Positions 58,601 to 64,000 of a stretch of 64,000 nucleotides of DNA are shown here, in pieces. Every line of letters begins with the position of its first letter. Position 1 is the stretch's first letter. Source of the stretch: Sporopachydermia quercuum (lineage: Eukaryota); the NCBI GenBank assembly GCA_001599295.1, contig BCGN01000001.1, positions 1,054,001 through 1,118,000 of the forward strand, read 5' to 3'. Below the pieces are notes generated by a model that was given only the letters and a program-made list of their open reading frames with translations, searched no databases and was not told the origin of the DNA. A program made the position numbers and the translations under genes.

Positions 58601-59476
58601 GATAATTGAATCATCATTAGTAGTAGTATTTTCATAATAAATTGGTGATACATTATTTGATCTTAAAGGATTAAAAGGAATAATAGGTGATCTTAAATCA
58701 GTTGAATATGTTGCACTAATCAATAACTCTGATGGTAGACCTGGTGTTCTTGGTTTGAGCGGAATTGAATCNAATAGTTTATTGTTACTCGGTGTTGATG
58801 CTATATCATAGTTGTTATAGCTGTTACTACCATTATCAATACCATGACTGNTCTGATTGTAATTTGTTCTAATAGGTGGTAGTGGTANTAGCAAAGGTGA
58901 TTTCGATTTTTGGTTCATTAATGATTGAAATTTCTGTTTATAACTTAGCGGTGATTCTTTCTCCGGTGATTTGTCTGCACACTTATTGATAATCTTATTT
59001 ATATCATCATAAACTTTCAGTTTTGAATTATGACTGATATTTAGTTCAGCTTTAGAACTGATATTCAAGCCATTTTCCCTAACCGTCATGATTCCACGGC
59101 TATTGTATTTGGTAATTGAGATATCCTTAAAACTATGGTCACTTTGCATACTGTTCTTGTTATCACTATTAGTTTTAGTTATAAAGTTTGTATTAAAATT
59201 TTCACGGGCCGGAGATACAATATGCATATTGGATGTTGTTGACGGCATTGACAGTACTCTANGTCCCGTAACGTTCAGACCAGATTTTGTAGATACTAAA
59301 GGTTGAATTGAACATCTTGAGGATTTGAATCTTATCTCGCCATTATCAGTATTCATAGGTATTTTATCTTTTTCTTTTTCCTTTTTTGTTGTTGCTGGTG
59401 GATTCAAAGCACCTTCTTCAACTATCACCTTATCATTATCATCAACCGAGCTTTCAGAATCAGTAGAGACATCCAT
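55610..59476 (-). CDS. CLC-family chloride/proton antiporter (Gef1-related paralog) with Asn-rich expansions
   Basis: 'YDDFTTMDW', 'AAGSGVPEVKTILSG', 'IGKEGPYVH' (gating Glu), 'FGSPLGGVLFSLEE' (proton Glu), 'PAGIYVPSL', 'FEITSS..YVLP' and a degenerate CBS region; ~380-aa low-complexity N-terminus. Confidence 0.92.
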   Translation of the reverse strand: MDVSTDSESSVDDNDKVIVEEGALNPPATTKKEKEKDKIPMNTDNGEIRFKSSRCSIQPLVSTKSGLNVTGXRVLSMPSTTSNMHIVSPARENFNTNFITKTNSDNKNSMQSDHSFKDISITKYNSRGIMTVRENGLNISSKAELNISHNSKLKVYDDINKIINKCADKSPEKESPLSYKQKFQSLMNQKSKSPLLXPLPPIRTNYNQXSHGIDNGSNSYNNYDIASTPSNNKLXDSIPLKPRTPGLPSELLISATYSTDLRSPIIPFNPLRSNNVSPIYYENTTTNDDSIINYFIHKRSDFNKDNCNNSNITSNSRTHNDNNKEASIDSTNIESLKSIRKRNTGNFDLFDDSXNNSNDRSSAHINNSPINNEGLNAPLPFERSFYDDFTTMDWIVDSIKINSRNYSLKLIPGLRGKIVRFSQAIEVWVLITIIAISFSIIAYTITISETLLTDLKTGYCLNSVLNSRSKCCENNDTRERKCENWMNWSESNLFSNIKLFNFDIPIDFTIYLFLSLLFAYLSVLITLKTKVEAVIPVKNHNNSNNKRNAREKKAKKSKERAFNNENNNKNDESMTIGSRLLNHVVSYGSNLTTSTNYYDLNKNRETDENHHTNKHTSQHKMQYYTXNSSTPIEPRIIYTAAGSGVPEVKTILSGFIMRKVLGSYTLICKSIALIFSLSSGLCIGKEGPYVHLATCVGNISCRLFKQFSINDKERRQILSAAASTGIALAFGSPLGGVLFSLEEISYYFPSNQLFKVFFTAITSILSYRILNPNGNGKTLPFTVSTNYSDWLTIELVWYIFIGLSGGIFGGFFCKFVNWWCFNLKKKALFKKVLSPTIEVLAITFLTTVSSYFLKYGKIPATELFENLANSCSNNKSLFCSINSKNDSLTIIYNLTILLVFKICFTILSFGLKLPAGIYVPSLIIGAIYGRIIAIILQLVQSKNSNLVLFTXEASTSPSGSIECIESGIYAIIGAGSFMAGVTRMNITLAVILFEITSSYTYVLPISISIFFSNLVSSFIEKRSVYDLLLMQYRLPFLDNKASEVFDTNVTLGDLISEHIDINYDKDSNQIIDITNSPFVSSNELRRTLIRIQNKGQLDGNIPIIKRIRRDDNISSNHLIGVLHAPELEFALDKLREFNNEFSYHDEIFCILERDANHGVFVDDNINKTIIDDCNIGVHYYNSDAASEELTGRNNNSMSSNINNVNVNSSIINSSMLGIRLLQELTNLTNIIQTSLVILKSDSTITLGYETFNKMGVRIIAIYDNNNSFVGLLEKKAFIDYCHGLIKND

Positions 59477-61548
59477 GGNTAATGAAAATAGTCAAAAACT
59501 CACCAATTGTATTGTCAACCAAATATGTAAGAAACCATGCAAGACCGTGGAAATCAATACATATTACATATCTTTCTTTGATTTGATTAACGATCTTAAT
59601 TGCTTATACACGTTCTCGTAGAAATAGAAAACAGAACAGTGCTGAAAAGACTTTGGTTGGATAGATGTTGTATACTGAATGGCAATATGAGCGTTTCCAG
59701 TTCATAATACCAACAAAAAAGGAAACCGGTATAATATAATATCAATTTAGTGGGATTAACTTCTTGACAACTTTTCTTGAAAAGATAAATGAGCAGCATA
59801 CAAGATAATTCTCTTTCAAATACATTGCATTCTATGATGTCTTGTAGATAATATGACACGCTTGACAGAAATGCCATCTGCTTGGTGTATTCTGGTTCTT
59901 CTTAGACCTATCGTGCATCTCTATTATGAAACAACAATAGCGATATGATAAGTAAATAAAATAAAGAGANAATGAATGGGTAAGCAAAAGATAGTAAAGA
60001 AAATAGTGATTGTTTGTTGTTGATCCTGTACTTAAGGGTCTTGCCTAAGGTTGTCAATTAAAGTTGAAATATACCTGAAATTTATTAGAGGTTATTTTTG
60101 TATGGATTAGATTTGATTCAAAGTAATGTTGATTTGCTATACATTGTTGAAGAACAAATACATTGAATACAAGATGTTAACTAATATCTAGGNNTGATTA
60201 ATAAGAATAACATAAAAGAACACTTAATTCTCATAATAGTTTGTTTAGAGAGATTTGGAGAAGCAAAACTCAAGGATGGAGTTCACAAGGAAAGTAAACT
60301 TGGAATAAATAGAAGATAGAGCTATGTTTTGACATAGAATGGGAGTTGATCAGAAGCAAAGATAATATAAGGAAAAAGCTAAGAAACAGCCAAAGCTTTT
60401 AGAGTATTTATAACTATCTGTTTGTACTAAATTCAAAAGGCCTTTCCTGTTTTTAAACGGTTTGATATTTCACTGTTTGTTATATATGAAAAACAGAATA
60501 TACTGCTTTGGTTGGCTTACCTTACTTTCAGTCAAGATAGATAATTCGGGCGGCCATAGGCTCAAACAAACTGGAAATCTATTTTTCCCTTACCAAAATG
60601 CTTGGTGGTATATATTTGCACCAGTTGATTTTCATTTCTGTGTTGATTCGTACTAGTTAAATAGAACAATTTGCAACACATCGCTTAGCTGATCATCTTT
60701 TAATTTCCTTACAAGTGGAATAGGTTAAAGTTCATAAAGCTTNTGCTCAAGTTAAAGTTTCAAATGCAAAATTGTATCATCAGCCACTTCATTAGACACT
60801 TTATTGTGGTTTNTATATTTCTCAAAGAGATAGCATATCAGAAAGAAATAATTAACAAATAGTATACTCAATTGAAGATGTAATACGACTCACAATATAT
60901 TCACTAACAATATAATAATCGTTTGTGTTGGTTATTTCTATTCTTTCAATGATTGTACAATGCAGTTGAAACATGATTGAGGAAGTCCATAACTAGCTAA
61001 AATAGCTGTACTACCAACAAACTGAATTCGAAATATTTACCTATCTTTCAGTAGATGATGAAGAACTTCCATTAACTAAATGCTATTCCTGTAGCGAACT
61101 TCCCTTAAGATAAAAGTTCACCAAGAATATTACTACCTAGGTAATCAATCGACCATCAATAAAAAAAGTATCGTCTTGTCGAATGCGATCTCAAATCAAN
61201 CAAATCAAATCAGATCGAATTCTCAAATTCCATTGACACCCCTAATACTTATGCGGTACCTGACCAAATTCTGCACGTACGTATATATATCGTTGCGTGC
61301 TATGCATTAGATGATTGAATCATAAAGTATTTCCTCGAACTACAGGAATAAAATATCAATCATAGGTTATAATGACAACTAAAATTATTGCATATATATA
61401 ATTATCATAGATTTATCTATCTTGACCCATTCACAACCATCTTCCTAACCTTTAGAAACGTTAAACTTATAATACAAGAGTAAATGAATTGTTCTTCTTC
61501 ATAGAAACAATCAACATAAAATATAAAAAAATATTCGTGAAATCATTT

Positions 61549-62646
61549 TTAATCAAGAGAGTAGAATGATCTACCTTCTTCAAGTTCATCTGACATCTTA
61601 TCAATGAAATCATCATCATCGTTGTCTTCAACAAGTTCGATAACGGCGTACTTTATGAGATCCCATCTCTTCCAGAACTTATCTCCGTCGTTATACTTGT
61701 TGCCATCAACGACATCTTGAAGATAGTATTTAGCATGAGTTAAGCGATCCTTTAACTTTTGGAGTTTAACAGCAGCTGGCAGTTTTGAAGCAGGAACATT
61801 TTTGTCCTCGTCTTCATCTTCATCTTCATCGTCAGAAAATCGCAGGGAGTTTGGTGTATTAGGGAAATCGTATTCATTGTAAATTTTATCCTCTGCACGA
61901 GATGCACAATCGCAATACATTGCAGTTACTTCATCGATAGCACTGATTAAATAGTCAAAGCATCTAGCTCTGGCATCCAAGTCACTGAACGAACACTTCT
62001 TCTTGTGACGAATGCCACTTGTTGTTGTTGGTGATGGAATCCCATTGGTGATTCTAGTTTGTTCATTGTCAGATTTTCTTCGAGTACTAAGATACATGTC
62101 AGATTTGCGTCGATGATCATCAAGAGTCATCAAACCGTCATTAAAGCAAAAAACGAATTCAGGGGCTATGGAATTAGAATCCGTTATTTTGTTAAAAGAT
62201 TGAGCTTCATCATCAGACTTAGGATCAGAACCATCAGAATACTGTGAAACTGCAGTAAGCAAGCATGATTCTTGTCTGTTTCTGGACTCCCAATTAACTG
62301 AATTCAAAAGCTTCCGCTTTTCTTCATTAACAGGGCAGTAATCAGAAGCCTCAGAATCAGATTCGTATGACTCAACTTGACTATGGTTCACATGATAAGT
62401 GCAGATTGCCCGCCTGAGAGTGGCCTTTCGATCAGCTGTACATAAACGTTTGTTAACTTGGTGCTTTTCATCAGAAATCGATCGCTTAGAAATACTACTG
62501 TTGCGAATTCTCTTCACAGCAGTATGGTTCAATAAAGAGTTTGGTACATCCTTGGGATCAGAGAATGTATATGAAAATTGTAAATTATCTTTACATTTGA
62601 CNGATGGAAAAGGGAATGCTTCAATAGCTAAGTTTCTGGCAGACAT
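61549..62646 (-). CDS. Conserved yeast protein of unknown function (YBL029W-like)
   Basis: C-terminal blocks 'ARARCFDYLISAIDE..AMYCD', 'LQKLKDRLTHAKYYL' and 'KFWKRWDLIKYAVIELVE' recalled from the YBL029W family. First ATG is at 62646. Confidence 0.7.
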   Translation of the reverse strand: MSARNLAIEAFPFPXVKCKDNLQFSYTFSDPKDVPNSLLNHTAVKRIRNSSISKRSISDEKHQVNKRLCTADRKATLRRAICTYHVNHSQVESYESDSEASDYCPVNEEKRKLLNSVNWESRNRQESCLLTAVSQYSDGSDPKSDDEAQSFNKITDSNSIAPEFVFCFNDGLMTLDDHRRKSDMYLSTRRKSDNEQTRITNGIPSPTTTSGIRHKKKCSFSDLDARARCFDYLISAIDEVTAMYCDCASRAEDKIYNEYDFPNTPNSLRFSDDEDEDEDEDKNVPASKLPAAVKLQKLKDRLTHAKYYLQDVVDGNKYNDGDKFWKRWDLIKYAVIELVEDNDDDDFIDKMSDELEEGRSFYSLD

Positions 62647-62920
62647 GTCTGACAATGTGTAGGGTATAGTAGTAATGAAGCACAGAAATCANACCTCGAT
62701 AAATTAATATGAGGAATGATTATGTAAACAAGATTATGATACTACTAAGGTCAACAAATATATATACATATATATATATTCTGAACTTATTAATACCTTA
62801 ATCTTAATATCACCTTTAACCCAATAGACCTCCGGTAAAAGAAATCTTCAGAATGGAAATAATAATTATTTTCCGGAGAAGATATCTTATAAAGAGAGCA
62901 AGGAAAAATCTTCAGTCCAC

Positions 62921-63007
62921 TAGGGAAAGAACATAAGGGAAGACTAGGGTGTAGTCCAGGGTGTAAATAACACTATAATTTAGTCGAGGGATAAAATTTT
63001 AGGGTGT
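62921..63007. promoter_or_regulatory. Cluster of AGGGTGT/AGGG motifs upstream of the YBL029W-like gene
   Basis: AGGGTGT at 62946, 62958 and 63001, plus three AGGGA within 90 bp, ~170 bp beyond a TA-rich TATA region (62757-62779). Confidence 0.5.
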
Positions 63008-63855
63008 TACGTATCTAGAGTAACGAAATCGTGACGGACAGTGAAATTGCAAGAAGAAGAAGAAGGAAAAAAAATTGGAGAGAAAAAATAATATATATGA
63101 AGCTCTTCAAATTCTTAGAAGATGAAGCTGGTCATCACAATTAGCCAATATAGTTTGTAAGATATGCGCAATTTCTAAGAAGATTTCAGCTACACACTAA
63201 AACTTTAATATTATTCTGCGGTATATATGAGCATGATATTTCTCAGAATGGTTAAATATAGAATTTTTGCTAATATTGAAACTTTAATTCATTGATTTCA
63301 GATATGGTTGAGGACTTCGAAAACGTTTCTTGATTACGTAAGACATAATTTGTAACAAGTAGAGGATTGAATATATGTCACGAAACTGTTATTTATAAGT
63401 ATAGTGCTCTATAATCACAAATATCCATGAACCTACTGATTATTTTCCTTCTAGTTCATCGAAANCTAGGGTAGAGTATCAAAATATATGTTGGCATAGG
63501 TTCAATGCATCAAACCTGTAACTGTCCTGCCTCCTGACCATTAACCAATTACATTGTAATAAGAGTACTAGACCCACATATTCCATGTTAATGTATACGG
63601 GTAAATTACTACTTCTTTATGATGTGGAATGTGGAAGAAATAAACTTTATTTTGCTGAGGCCTTCTGTGGAATTTCCAATTTTATCATCCAACGTAATCG
63701 AATAAAAAAAAGAATAAAATGAAAATAAAGTGAAATAATCAAACACCTTCAGCTCAACGGAGGCAAACAGCNAGTACCATATCTCGTTTTGCAGAATTCC
63801 CACTTGATATTCACGGCTCTGATATAATTAACTAAGATTTAGTACAAAACTATGA

Positions 63856-63935
63856 TGAAACCAGTTCCAATATGGGACGTGTTGTCTGAAACGTTGTCCA
63901 GGCGTTTCATTGGCTGGTGAAACATTAAAGTTTCA
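63856..63935. promoter_or_regulatory. Cluster of five Ste12-type pheromone response elements (TGAAAC)
   Basis: TGAAACC 63856, TGAAACG 63887, CGTTTCA 63903, TGAAACA 63918, AGTTTCA 63929. Confidence 0.6.
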
Positions 63936-64000
63936 AATTTTACTGTGTCACTCCAAATTTTCTAAATCGTCTTGAGAATGCCCATTCCCTACTTGTGGCA

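Noticed and set aside
63852..63889. ATGATGA...CTGA as a C/D box snoRNA
   Set aside because: Boxes only ~28 nt apart, no terminal D box in the window and no recognisable rRNA antisense guide. The Ste12-site reading fits better.
1..64000. CRISPR arrays, rRNA, prokaryotic operons, stop-codon readthrough or programmed frameshift signals
   Set aside because: Eukaryotic intron-containing DNA with no repeat-spacer arrays or rRNA sequence; no TGA-CTA or TAG-CARYYA contexts at the stops I checked.

Overview
AT-rich eukaryotic nuclear DNA from a budding yeast. It is inferred to be an early-diverging, intron-rich Saccharomycotina lineage: standard genetic code, short introns with degenerate donors and branch points, and retained ASH1-type SET and Acinus-like genes. 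I find 20 protein genes: an MFS transporter, TPA1, GVP36 (3 introns), gamma-tubulin (1), CBR1, HOM3, CTR2 (2), ERG1, CBP4, APS3 (1), a PCL5-like cyclin, RSM7, PSY4/PPP4R2 (2), an ATO/ADY2 transporter, COR1 (probable 5'-UTR intron), an SDH4/TIM18-family gene, an Acinus-like RRM gene, CDC1, an ASH1-like H3K36 methyltransferase and a CLC channel, plus a YBL029W-like ORF. The most notable signal is invisible in the ORF track. The gene-free interval at ~28.8-30.8 kb is a frameshifted fossil of a Helitron (rolling-circle transposon) Rep/Helicase, with all three HUH-endonuclease motifs in order. A second gene-free interval (49.5-55.6 kb) is AT-rich and palindrome-rich and has weak hAT-transposase-like remnants; it is a speculative centromere candidate. 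Regulatory signals include Gcn4 sites and a uORF-containing leader on the PCL5-like gene, copper-response elements on CTR2, Puf3 elements on mitochondrial biogenesis genes, and five Ste12-type elements at the right edge. All calls are by-eye motif recognition; no database searches were run.
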